Part shown: positions 7,609 through 16,633 of the stretch, in pieces
Numbering within the stretch: position 1 is the first letter of the stretch
Layout: each line of letters opens with the position of its first letter
IMG/VR virus record: IMGVR_UViG_3300009776_000003
Coordinates: 6,708-70,707 of that record
DNA length: 64,000 nt
Source: a virus
Lineage: Duplodnaviria; Caudoviricetes
Strand: one strand, 5' to 3'
The notes under the pieces: model-generated
Database searches by the model: none
Told to the model about the DNA's origin: nothing
What the model saw: the letters and a program-made list of their open reading frames with translations, nothing else
Position numbers and translations under genes: made by a program

Positions 7609-8366
7609 GACTCTTCACTTGCTTCAAGTATTTCGGCGAGCATGACATGCTTCGCCTTCGGCAGATGGAACTGGCCGAATTCGATCCAGTCTTGGTAGTG
7701 GTAGAGGGATCGAACGACTACGTTGGCCGAGATCGCAAGCCTGCGTTCCCTTATCCGTTTGCGGACAATGTCTTCTACCACTACGGCCCATTCGACGGCA
7801 GCGATCCATGGGACCGCGACTGGAATGCTTGGCAGATGTTGTGGGAACTTCTGGGCCGAGCGGAGCCGGATGGCGACGACATTGTCGTACTGAGTGACTG
7901 CGATGAGATCCCATCGCCTGCGGCCATTAAGTGCTTCGAGCGGATCGATGAACCGCATCCACTGTTCTACTGCTTGCAGATGCCCACGTTCTACTACCAT
8001 CTCAACCTGCGCTGCGATCAGCAGATAATCCGCAAGCCGAAGATCTTCCGCTGGAAGGACGCGGACAGGATCGACATGACGGCGAAGGATTTCCGTCTGA
8101 TGGAGCATGGTCCAGCGATTACCAGCGGTGGCTGGCACTTTAGCTATATGTGGCGGCCCATTGCTGACAAGATCGCTGCCATTGCTCACACCGAATTCCA
8201 TGATCCAGAGTATACCGACGACTCAAAGATCAAGGATCGAGTAGATCGCATGGTTGATCTGTTTGACCGTCCGTACACCTATAAGCTACTGAGCGATTGG
8301 TCGAGTCTGCCAAGATGTGTGCAGGAACATCCTGAGCAGTTCTCTCACCTGCTTAGGGTTGAGTGA
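7605..8366 (+). CDS. GT17-like (beta-1,4-N-acetylglucosaminyltransferase-like) glycosyltransferase
   Basis: CFKYFGEHDMLRLR..EL...VVVE, DIVVLSDCDEIP and GGWHFSY motifs. Confidence 0.85.
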   Translation: MRLFTCFKYFGEHDMLRLRQMELAEFDPVLVVVEGSNDYVGRDRKPAFPYPFADNVFYHYGPFDGSDPWDRDWNAWQMLWELLGRAEPDGDDIVVLSDCDEIPSPAAIKCFERIDEPHPLFYCLQMPTFYYHLNLRCDQQIIRKPKIFRWKDADRIDMTAKDFRLMEHGPAITSGGWHFSYMWRPIADKIAAIAHTEFHDPEYTDDSKIKDRVDRMVDLFDRPYTYKLLSDWSSLPRCVQEHPEQFSHLLRVE

Positions 8367-9052
8367 TGCGACCAATCTTTGTGATCCAGCACGTCTGCGC
8401 GGTGAACGATTACGAACTGCTATTGGCTAGACAGATTGGAAGATTTGAGAAGCATGGCCTAACCAAATCTGCGGTTCGGCACATCGTTGGAATCGTTGGC
8501 GAGAGGGTGCGTCCTGACGAGTACGAGTGCTTGCAGCATAAGATGTCCACGCGGTACTTGGGGATCTTGACGCTGGGAGAGGAGCCTACGCTAAAACTGC
8601 TGCATCGCGTGGCGATGATCAATCCAGAGGCGGCAATACTGTACACGCATCTTAAGGGGATCACGCACTCTCGCGACGAAGAGTGTCAAAGCGCATGGAA
8701 CGACTGCATGATGTGGCATCTGGTTGACAACTGGGAGGAGTGCGTCGAGAAGCTAGATGAGTGCGATGTGGTGTCGTCCATTTGGAGCGAAAAGCCGTAC
8801 CCTCACGCCAATGGAAATATGTTCTGGTGCACTGGTGAACATGCTGTCAAATGCGGTCTGCCGGTTCAGTTGTGCAACCGTTACGACTGCGAAGCGTGGA
8901 TCGGCAAAGGCAATCCGAAGGTGGCCCACGCCTTTACTCCCAATCGCGACCTGTATGAAGCGCTGGTTCAGCCGAGCGAGTACGAAAAAGAAGTCATCGA
9001 ATGGAACATAAGGGAACCTCTATCATGTACGGATTCTCAGAAAGCACTCTGA
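8363..9052 (+). CDS. Putative glycosyltransferase-like protein
   Basis: ILYTHLKG...W..CMMW..V.NWEEC...L...D...HANGNMFW...R..CEAWIG, a pattern recurrent in viral glyco loci. Confidence 0.55.
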   Translation: MMRPIFVIQHVCAVNDYELLLARQIGRFEKHGLTKSAVRHIVGIVGERVRPDEYECLQHKMSTRYLGILTLGEEPTLKLLHRVAMINPEAAILYTHLKGITHSRDEECQSAWNDCMMWHLVDNWEECVEKLDECDVVSSIWSEKPYPHANGNMFWCTGEHAVKCGLPVQLCNRYDCEAWIGKGNPKVAHAFTPNRDLYEALVQPSEYEKEVIEWNIREPLSCTDSQKAL

Positions 9053-9576
9053 AGGATCGTGTTGAACTGGCCGACTTGCTCAACGAAAGGCTGCTGCTGG
9101 GCACAGCGGTAGAAATTGGTACACTTCGAGCCGATTATGCAGCGGCGTTTCTGGCGAGGTGGAATGGAAAGAGGCTGGTGACGGTAGATCCCTTCGTGGG
9201 AAATTTAGAAAATTACGACGACACTTGCAATACCCCAGATCGAAGCGGCGACCGAGAAATTGCCTACAACGCGCTGAAGGGCTATCGCGAGCGAGCGATC
9301 ATGTTGCGCGACACATCCGAAGAAGCAGTCAAACTGTTCGCTGACGGCTGCCTCGACTTCTGCTACATCGACGGCAACCACGCGCTGGTGGATCAGGACA
9401 TCAAGCTCTGGTGGCCCAAGATGAAAAGCGGCGGATTGTTCGCAGGTCACGATTGGGACAGTTGGCATCAGTATGTGATCCCAGCATTGGAGGACTTCAC
9501 TAAGCGTGAGGAAGTGGCGGTTCGTTTGATTCCTGCATCGAACGTCTCTGGGAGTTGGTTCGCGTGGAAGCCATGA
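9025..9576 (+). CDS. Class I SAM-dependent methyltransferase (Methyltransf_24-like)
   Basis: VEIGT, LVTVDPF, DFCYIDGNH and LWWPKMKSGGLFAGHD motifs. Confidence 0.85.
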   Translation: MYGFSESTLKDRVELADLLNERLLLGTAVEIGTLRADYAAAFLARWNGKRLVTVDPFVGNLENYDDTCNTPDRSGDREIAYNALKGYRERAIMLRDTSEEAVKLFADGCLDFCYIDGNHALVDQDIKLWWPKMKSGGLFAGHDWDSWHQYVIPALEDFTKREEVAVRLIPASNVSGSWFAWKP

Positions 9577-10094
9577 CCGTACCGCACGAAGAGATGCCGC
9601 AGCGAAAGTGGCTGAGGACAGAGTATCTGCCGTCTCTCAATGGAACGGCGCTTTACATTGGAGTCCGCTGGTACTGTGAGGATTACTGGAAGCTAGTTCC
9701 AGATCCAGATCTGTTCTGCACAGTTGACATAGATCCGGCGCAGGCGCACTTTGGGAGCCCCAAGAACCACTATGTCTGCGATGCGACATCACTGTTAGTC
9801 AGAAGCAGGTATGACCATGTGTCTGCTTTCGGACTCTTTGGGATGCCAGACAGCCATCTAAAGACGCCCAGCAAGATCGTTGAATTCCTCCGCTTGTGCG
9901 CCAGTGCCGTCAATGACGGTGGAACGCTAATGTTTTCGTGTGGAACAAGAACCCTCAACATGGAGCAGGTGAACGAGATATGTCAGCAACTATTGACACC
10001 AGACTGGATAGCCCTGAAGGACTGGACGCTAAAGCCGTCACCAGAACACAGCGAGGAACGGATCTTGTGGATACGCCGCTGCCAGAACTCCTAA
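9573..10094 (+). CDS. Putative SAM-dependent methyltransferase
   Basis: ALYIGV, TVDIDP, VCDA and YDHV motifs; DGGTLMF. Confidence 0.6.
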   Translation: MTVPHEEMPQRKWLRTEYLPSLNGTALYIGVRWYCEDYWKLVPDPDLFCTVDIDPAQAHFGSPKNHYVCDATSLLVRSRYDHVSAFGLFGMPDSHLKTPSKIVEFLRLCASAVNDGGTLMFSCGTRTLNMEQVNEICQQLLTPDWIALKDWTLKPSPEHSEERILWIRRCQNS

Positions 10095-10660
10095 ACGGTA
10101 GGCGGCTGCTGTGGATCGTAGCGCACCATGACGACATGGAACTGTACAGCGGTGGGTTGCTGACGCTTGTGCCAGATGCGAAGAAGGAATGTGTGGTCAT
10201 GACGGCACCGGCTCCTAATCGGCCAGACACTGGAACTCGCGAGGGCAGTTTTCGGCAGGTGTGCGGTTTGATGGGAGTGGACGGATGGGGATACGGATTG
10301 AAGGATTACTCTCCTAGCACACCGGCACATCAGATCGAGTGGAGGGACTTTGGCGGCGTTAAGCCTCATGGCGTACCGGAGTTCATCATCTCCAGCGGAT
10401 ATGCAGGAGAGCCAAACCGCGTCTATCCGCAAGGGCATGTAGTCCATCGACTGACCGGATTTTTCGCGAAGAAGTTGGCGAGAGAACTGGACGTTCCGCT
10501 CATCGAGTTCTCGATCAATTCTCACTTCGACTGGATCGTTCGTTATGCGGTGGCTGCAAAGAAGCAGTTGCTGGACTTCTATCGAGCAAACTGGGACTAC
10601 ACGCAATACTGTCTTTGGAATACTGTGGAAAGGTTTGCACTATGGCATCACCTGCTCTGA
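9980..10660 (+). CDS. PIG-L family de-N-acetylase
   Basis: LWIVAHHDDMELYSGGLL (AHxDD), TRE and HVVH motifs; start uncertain. Confidence 0.8.
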   Translation: MSATIDTRLDSPEGLDAKAVTRTQRGTDLVDTPLPELLNGRRLLWIVAHHDDMELYSGGLLTLVPDAKKECVVMTAPAPNRPDTGTREGSFRQVCGLMGVDGWGYGLKDYSPSTPAHQIEWRDFGGVKPHGVPEFIISSGYAGEPNRVYPQGHVVHRLTGFFAKKLARELDVPLIEFSINSHFDWIVRYAVAAKKQLLDFYRANWDYTQYCLWNTVERFALWHHLL

Positions 10661-11370
10661 TCACCTTCGTATCGGAGGACTATCAGGACACGCTCCACTT
10701 GACGATCCCATCGTGGTTGCGCGTTGCGGCGTGTATGATTGTCATTTACACAGACTTCGATCCTAGCTTGGATCGGCGCTACACGCTGCTGAGAGATCCT
10801 AGAGTAAAGGTAGAGAGATGCTTCGAGCCGGTTAACTGGGTTGAATGTTCCAAGAGGCAGTATCAGTGTGCAATGAAGTTCATGTATGAACATGACAATC
10901 CGTTCGCATTTCTGGATGCAGACTGTTATGTGATGCGAGATTTCTTGGAAGTATTCGAGACTGGGTGCGATCTTGCCGCTACGAGGATGTACACCGATCC
11001 GCACTCCTACACTGGAGGAACCTCGACATCTGGCGTCTTCTTCGCGCAGAACAATGAAAGGACCATGCGGTTCCTTGAGGTGTGGGAGGCGATGTCTCTG
11101 GAGTACGAAAGTGCCGGATTGCATTCCAAGCCATACGCTGCCACGTTTGCGCAGTATGCGTTCAGTGGTGTTCTTCACAGCGCTCACGCGACCGGAGAGC
11201 CATGTTCGGTGGCGAGGCTGGACGAACACATTTACAACTGCGAGCACAGTGACATCGAGAAGTGGAAGAAGCTCTGCGCTGAGCACAAGCCAGCTATCAT
11301 CCACTTCAAGGGCCGCAGTTTTCGCAACGACCAATTCCGAGAAGAGATGATCCAGTTGGCCACCGCATGA
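10642..11370 (+). CDS. GT-A nucleotide-diphospho-sugar transferase
   Basis: FAFLDADCYV (DxD), SGVFF, AQYAF, HIYN and IIHFKG motifs. Confidence 0.75.
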   Translation: MASPALITFVSEDYQDTLHLTIPSWLRVAACMIVIYTDFDPSLDRRYTLLRDPRVKVERCFEPVNWVECSKRQYQCAMKFMYEHDNPFAFLDADCYVMRDFLEVFETGCDLAATRMYTDPHSYTGGTSTSGVFFAQNNERTMRFLEVWEAMSLEYESAGLHSKPYAATFAQYAFSGVLHSAHATGEPCSVARLDEHIYNCEHSDIEKWKKLCAEHKPAIIHFKGRSFRNDQFREEMIQLATA

Positions 11371-12053
11371 CGCTAATCCTTACTACCTGCTTTTCTACCG
11401 TTACTTGTCCGCAGCGCGGTAAGTACGCGAACGTAACGCAAGATCTCATTGCTCCATGGTGCGATAGCGTTGTCGAGCATGGACTGCATGGCATGGTCTA
11501 TTACGACAGATTGCCTGCCGGAACTGAGGAGCGGTGGCCTGAGATCGCTTTCGTTCCAAGAGCACCTTCGTTCATAGCGTCTTGCAATGATGTTCGCTTT
11601 CTCTACTACGCTGCCACGCTGCGAGAGAAGAACATCAGAGAGGATGTTGTTGCGGCCACTGATATGTTTGATGTAACGGTGGTGGGCGATCCAGCAAAAG
11701 AGCTTGGCGACTATCCGCTTGGTTTTGGACTTCAAGGCGAGACTATCGGAAACAACGTCGCTGTTCGCAATAAGCTGCTGGAATGCTATGCGAAGAACGA
11801 TGTCAATCGAATGAACGACCGACCCATTGTTGCCGCAGGTACGATGGTGGGACGGTTCAAGGAGTTCAGAGAGCTGATCCATCGTCTCGCAAGGTCCATT
11901 ACGATTCAGGTTGCCAATGGAATATGGAACTCCAACATGGCCTGCCTACAGAAGGTGCTCAATGGAATGTATCCAGATCTCTCGCAAGTCAAGCTAGGAC
12001 TGGATTGCTTCGTCCATGAATGGACCGGAATGCGTAGTGAGAACTACATCTGA
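11367..12053 (+). CDS. Putative glycosyltransferase-like protein
   Basis: NDVRFLYY, VAATDMFDV and AGTMVG motifs; embedded in the GT operon with overlapping stop/start. Confidence 0.5.
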   Translation: MTLILTTCFSTVTCPQRGKYANVTQDLIAPWCDSVVEHGLHGMVYYDRLPAGTEERWPEIAFVPRAPSFIASCNDVRFLYYAATLREKNIREDVVAATDMFDVTVVGDPAKELGDYPLGFGLQGETIGNNVAVRNKLLECYAKNDVNRMNDRPIVAAGTMVGRFKEFRELIHRLARSITIQVANGIWNSNMACLQKVLNGMYPDLSQVKLGLDCFVHEWTGMRSENYI

Positions 12054-12742
12054 TGCTAACCGTCATCGTTCCCACCTGCTCCAACGAATCGCTGGAGAAG
12101 TTCCTTCCCAGTTTCTACAAGTACTGCGACGCCAATCTGGTGGTCGTCTTCAACGGTGAGGAACGCCAGCCCAAGATCCCCTACGGCCACTGCATCTACC
12201 ACCCCAAGCGGATCGGCTACACCATCGCCGTCAACGAGGCGTGGGACTGGATCAACCAGCCTCGGCTGCTTTCGGATGGAGATATGGTGGCGGTGGTTAA
12301 TGACGACGTAGAGTTCGCTGGAAGGTGCTTCGAGCCGCTGGTAGATGCGATCCGACGCGGCGCCGCACTGGCTGCACCGTCCGTACAGCCCATTGGCCGA
12401 GATGGCTTGTGGGCCAGATCTGGAGAGCCATACCGTTGGGTCTTCGCCGAAGGCTGGCTATTCGTTACAACGGCTGGCTGGATACGCCGCGCTGGAGAGA
12501 TTGCCCCAATGGGGATGATGGTGCCCCAGATCTACGATGCTGCATTCACTCCTGCTTATTGTGAGGATTGCGACTTTTCGATTCGCTTATACGAAGCGGG
12601 TGGAAAAATTTTCAAAGTTCCTGTTCCGGCCATTCACCGCAGGTCTCAGACGTTCTCTAAGTTGGGTCCACTAAAGGACTTATGGTGGTCTAGGAGCCGC
12701 GAGTATCTTATCGCCAAGTGGCGGCTGGATACCATAGCATAA
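12053..12742 (+). CDS. GT2 family glycosyltransferase
   Basis: MLTVIVPT, AVVNDDVEF and YCEDCDFSIR motifs. Confidence 0.85.
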   Translation: MLTVIVPTCSNESLEKFLPSFYKYCDANLVVVFNGEERQPKIPYGHCIYHPKRIGYTIAVNEAWDWINQPRLLSDGDMVAVVNDDVEFAGRCFEPLVDAIRRGAALAAPSVQPIGRDGLWARSGEPYRWVFAEGWLFVTTAGWIRRAGEIAPMGMMVPQIYDAAFTPAYCEDCDFSIRLYEAGGKIFKVPVPAIHRRSQTFSKLGPLKDLWWSRSREYLIAKWRLDTIA

Positions 12743-12778
12743 GCAAAACTTATAGTGTTAATAAGAATTGCTTATAGT
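12739..12778. promoter_or_regulatory. Tandem operator-like dyads ATAAG-N5-CTTAT(AGT) upstream of the head operon
   Basis: ATAAGCAAAACTTATAGT (12739-12756) and ATAAGAATTGCTTATAGT (12761-12778), 22 bp apart. Confidence 0.55.
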
Positions 12779-12842
12779 ATCATGCGGCTAAGCCTGAATT
12801 CTTTCCCACCCAATTTCCGCTCCCCCCTCCCAAGGAGCGTCG

Positions 12843-13880
12843 ATGTCGGACGATCTTTCCTCCACCTCTACAAGTAGCCTTGAAGACGATCTTCGAGCGT
12901 CTATGCAGGCTATGTCTCCAGAGGCTCCAGAAACGTCTACGGAGCCCACAGAGGCCACTTCTGCACCAGAGGCTACTTCTGAGCCTGCGACCGAGGATAC
13001 GCCCTCTGGCGAGCCAGAAGACGGTCTAGCACTCGCTCGCTATGCGGATGCGATGCTGGGCTCCAGTTACAGCAGCAAGTACAAGAACGATCAGGAAGCG
13101 ATTCTTGGTTGGCACAACGCAGTTCAGCGACTGTCGCAGCGTGACGAGGACGCAGCCTACGGCAGGCAACTCAAGGAGTACGAGAGTGAGTTCAGATCGT
13201 TTTTGGAGTCTCGCCAAAGACCTGCTCAAGCTCCTCCTGCCGAGCAGCTTCAGCAAACCAACCTCCCAACCATCAGAGACTATGAGCGCTGGAAAAATGA
13301 AATCGCCCAAAAAGGTGAGCAAGCCTCCCCAGAAACGATCCGCCGTTTCACCGAAGCCAACGAAAAAATCCAAGAAGCCATGCTGAACTTGGCGTTCCGG
13401 CCTCATGAAGTATTGAAGCCGGTCGTCAAACCAGAGGTAGAGCAACTCGCTCAGCAGGCACAGCAGTACACGCAGCAGCTCGCTCAACAGCAGCAGCAGA
13501 TGGCGTGGCAGAACTGGATCGGTGAGAACCGAAGCTGGATCTTCGAGGGTGGAGAATACGGCAAACCGCTGACACCTTACGCGCAGCGCTTTATGGGCCA
13601 CCTCCAGAACGCGGCTCAACGCCAGATGCCCATCGACGCTGGTTTCCAGTACGCCCACGCCATGGCTGGCATGGAGCAACTTCAACAGCAGCAGCAAGCT
13701 CAGCAGGCAGTGGCGCCGAAGGTCGAAGCTCCTAAGAAGCATGCCACTCGGCAACCGGCCATTGCGGCGCCAGCCAACGCGGAGCCGAGCTACCAGGATC
13801 TAGTGGACAAGATGGATCTCGAACAGCACCTGCTTTACAACCTGCGAAAAGCGCAGGCATCGGCAGGATCTGTGACTTGA
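12843..13880 (+). CDS. Capsid scaffolding protein
   Basis: Acidic, low-complexity N-terminus and Gln-rich coiled coils; immediately upstream of the MCP. Confidence 0.65.
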   Translation: MSDDLSSTSTSSLEDDLRASMQAMSPEAPETSTEPTEATSAPEATSEPATEDTPSGEPEDGLALARYADAMLGSSYSSKYKNDQEAILGWHNAVQRLSQRDEDAAYGRQLKEYESEFRSFLESRQRPAQAPPAEQLQQTNLPTIRDYERWKNEIAQKGEQASPETIRRFTEANEKIQEAMLNLAFRPHEVLKPVVKPEVEQLAQQAQQYTQQLAQQQQQMAWQNWIGENRSWIFEGGEYGKPLTPYAQRFMGHLQNAAQRQMPIDAGFQYAHAMAGMEQLQQQQQAQQAVAPKVEAPKKHATRQPAIAAPANAEPSYQDLVDKMDLEQHLLYNLRKAQASAGSVT

Positions 13881-13926
13881 TACAGGCTTGCGCTCAAGCC
13901 GCGAGCGGAGGGGGCGGCTTGGGTGC

Positions 13927-13971
13927 GGTGTGGCAGAGAGGATACTCCCACCGGACCCTCTCTGTCACACC
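13927..13971 (+). other. 15-bp stem-loop in the MCP leader
   Basis: GGTGTGGCAGAGAGG / CCTCTCTGTCACACC with one G-T pair, followed by AATTTT. Confidence 0.6.
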
Positions 13972-14068
13972 AATTTTAGACAGTCCCTCCGCAGCCGCTT
14001 ATCAACCCTCCGCTTCTCACAGCCGCCAAGCGTAACACTACACACATCCTCACTGAGGAGCGATACAG

Positions 14069-15172
14069 ATGGCAACTTCTGCCGCGACAACGACAGTCAT
14101 GACGCCTAATGCGCGGATTGACGTTAGTGTGATCAATGATCACATTAAGAAGCTGACTGAACCATTGTACAGAAAACATCTTCTGCTTGGCATGATGCGC
14201 AAGAAGGGTCGCATCATCAGCAATTGCAGTGGGAAGGGCTTCGACTGGAGAGTCAAGTTCCGTCGCGCCACGCCGCAGACCGGCGACGACATGTCCACCA
14301 ACACCTTTCAGCGCATGAACCGCTACAAGAAAGCCGAGCTTCCTTGGCGGCGTCTCTGGTACGGCGAGGCGATCTCCGATTTCGAGAAGCGGTGCGCTGG
14401 TGGGCCGGAAGCGCTGATCAAGTTGGTCAGCGAGTGGGCCAAGTCGGCGACTGACGACTGCAACGAGTACTTCGCCACCGAGATTTTCGGTGACGGCGAC
14501 TCGACCACCACGCCGGATCACATCCATGGATTGGAGACGCTTTTCAAGACGAATACCGGCTACGCTGCGATCTCCAGTTCGGTCTTCGTCAAGACCGGAA
14601 ACTCCGACACTTATGCTGGCCTGTATACGCAGGTCGGCAAGTATTCCAGCGACTGGACTGGAACATTCCCTGATGGCACCGGAAGCGAGACCTATCATTT
14701 CTGGAGTCCATGGTGGGTCGATACGACCAACGCCAACCACAGCGCCTCCACGAAGACTTGGCCCAATACTTGGCGTGAGTGCTTACGCAAGCTGAGCACT
14801 GCGCAGCAGGCGCTGGTTGGGCAACAGCCAGACATCATCATCCTCGCGCCTGAGTACTTGCGTCAGGCGAAGGAAAGCCTCGATGCGAAAGAACGCATTG
14901 AGGTTACTGCCGCCAGCGATGCGGTCGATTTGGGCTTCAAAACCGTCAACTTTGAAGGAATCGAACTCGCGGCAGAATACGGCGTCTCTGGCGTCGGCTA
15001 CGGAGTTTGCTACGACAAGATGGAGCTGCGTCTGCTTGGCCAGAGCCAACTGTTCGAGGCCAAGAAGGACTACGACATCGAGACGAATACTGATCGTCTC
15101 CTTCTCGAATGCTACTCCAACATGAAGTTCGAGTCTCCCATCTACTTCAGCAAACTCTCGGCTGTCTCCTAG
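14069..15172 (+). CDS. Major capsid protein
   Basis: 367 aa, after the scaffold and before the decoration gene and terminator. GAGGAG RBS, strongly biased codons, and a pattern typical of HK97-fold coats (IHGLE, DIIIL, GFKTVNFEG). Confidence 0.8.
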   Translation: MATSAATTTVMTPNARIDVSVINDHIKKLTEPLYRKHLLLGMMRKKGRIISNCSGKGFDWRVKFRRATPQTGDDMSTNTFQRMNRYKKAELPWRRLWYGEAISDFEKRCAGGPEALIKLVSEWAKSATDDCNEYFATEIFGDGDSTTTPDHIHGLETLFKTNTGYAAISSSVFVKTGNSDTYAGLYTQVGKYSSDWTGTFPDGTGSETYHFWSPWWVDTTNANHSASTKTWPNTWRECLRKLSTAQQALVGQQPDIIILAPEYLRQAKESLDAKERIEVTAASDAVDLGFKTVNFEGIELAAEYGVSGVGYGVCYDKMELRLLGQSQLFEAKKDYDIETNTDRLLLECYSNMKFESPIYFSKLSAVS

Positions 15173-15197
15173 TTTCTCACGAAAGGACAAGTGAACC

Positions 15198-15758
15198 ATG
15201 AGCGTTTATCCGACACTGCCATTTCCGCGTGGGCAAACCTACGGAGACGGCCAACTGACCTTGACCGATACGACTGCCAAGCATCTGGAAGGCAAGCGAT
15301 TCCGCGTGCCTGACACGCTGCATGGCACGAAGGGGGATGTCGTTCTTCGCGTTGTGAAGAACGATGCTGGCGCCGATCTCACCATCAGCAAGCGCGTCCT
15401 CAAGTGGTCAACCGCTTCCGAGGACGACATCGGCAATCGCGTGGACGGCTGGGCCACCGCCTCGGTCCATGGCAAGCCGATTGACGACTACTACCTCGGT
15501 CGCAAGACGACCATTCCAGACGATGACCTTTTCTATGTAGTGGACGAAGGTCCATGTGATGTACTGATTTCCACCACTACCTCGACTGCTATCTCGGCTG
15601 CTGGAAAGCCGGTTCAGGTCGCAGCCGCTGGTTGCGTTGGGCAGTGCGCCGACAACAAGATCTCCATCGGAACCGCGCTGGAGGCGAAGAGTACGGCTGC
15701 ATTGACGGCAGTGGCCATCTATGTCCATGCCGGAATCATCACCAACTACAACGCCTAG
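15198..15758 (+). CDS. Capsid decoration/cement protein
   Basis: Directly after the MCP; VVDEGPCDV and IGTALEA motifs of cement-like proteins. Confidence 0.6.
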   Translation: MSVYPTLPFPRGQTYGDGQLTLTDTTAKHLEGKRFRVPDTLHGTKGDVVLRVVKNDAGADLTISKRVLKWSTASEDDIGNRVDGWATASVHGKPIDDYYLGRKTTIPDDDLFYVVDEGPCDVLISTTTSTAISAAGKPVQVAAAGCVGQCADNKISIGTALEAKSTAALTAVAIYVHAGIITNYNA

Positions 15759-15774
15759 TTGTTCGCAGTTCAAC

Positions 15775-15810
15775 GGACTGGCGGTACTCGCCCCACCGCC
15801 AGTCCTTTTT
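15775..15810 (+). terminator. Rho-independent terminator
   Basis: GGACTGGCGGT-9 nt-ACCGCCAGTCC-TTTTT. Confidence 0.85.
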
Positions 15811-15844
15811 CAAACCTCCCCAAGCCTCCAACCCAAACCGAGCC

Positions 15845-16633
15845 ATGTACCGAATCTGCGTGATCTTGCCGACCGGCTTCTCGTACACCTGTCCTGATCT
15901 GTCCACTTGGGTTTTCCGATGGGCGTATCATCTCCATCTCGATCAGGACATCGCCGGTCTCGACTGGTTTCAGGTCAAGAACTGCCGCATCGATCTGATG
16001 CGCAATATGGGAGTGGCCCACGCGAGGGCGACCAAAGCGACCCATATCCTCTGGATCGATCCAGACATGGTGCTGGACAAGTACCTCGGCAAGACAGCGT
16101 CAGGAGAGCCGGTTGCAAACTCACGCTTCAAGCCGTTCTGGCAGACCGCGTGGAAGTTCATCAAAGAGCATCCGATGTCGATTGCGGCGGCACCTTACTG
16201 CGGTTGCTACCCGCTGAGACCTTGGCATGTCTTCACCAAGAACGAGAGCGACAGATTGGTCCGCGTGGATCACGAAACTGCGCGCAACCTGCGGGGCTGG
16301 ACAGCGGTAGAGGCGGTCGGAACTGGCGCCATGCTTATGGACGCGAGGATCTTCGACCGATTGGAGCAGCCTTACTTCAGAGACTCTTATCAGGACGAGA
16401 CGCATACCAAGTTGCGACTGACGCAGGATGTGGATTTCTGTCTGCGGTGTCGCGGCAAGGGAGTCGGCATCTACGTCAACTGGGACACGCCAGCAGGACA
16501 CTGGCAGAACTCGGTGGTCGATCCGCCCTATCTGGAAGAGATCGAACACTACGAAGCTCCTGTACCTTTGGCCAACGATCCATCGGTCCCAGTGTTGACG
16601 ATGGAGGGTGGTGGCGACAAGGCATGGACATAA
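15845..16633 (+). CDS. GT-A (GT2-like) glycosyltransferase inside the head/packaging operon
   Basis: ICVILPT, IDLMRN, HILWIDPDM, VEAVGTGAMLM and QDVDFCLR motifs. Confidence 0.8.
   Translation: MYRICVILPTGFSYTCPDLSTWVFRWAYHLHLDQDIAGLDWFQVKNCRIDLMRNMGVAHARATKATHILWIDPDMVLDKYLGKTASGEPVANSRFKPFWQTAWKFIKEHPMSIAAAPYCGCYPLRPWHVFTKNESDRLVRVDHETARNLRGWTAVEAVGTGAMLMDARIFDRLEQPYFRDSYQDETHTKLRLTQDVDFCLRCRGKGVGIYVNWDTPAGHWQNSVVDPPYLEEIEHYEAPVPLANDPSVPVLTMEGGGDKAWT

Noticed and set aside
13026-14740. Long minus-strand ORFs 13026-13754 and 13976-14740 (likewise 18012-18869, 22457-23242, 51420-52256)
   Set aside because: Shadows of GC3-biased real genes.
15907-16623. N-terminal part of the 439-aa ORF
   Set aside because: Off-frame, R/G-rich read-through of the GT gene; the plausible start is 16624.
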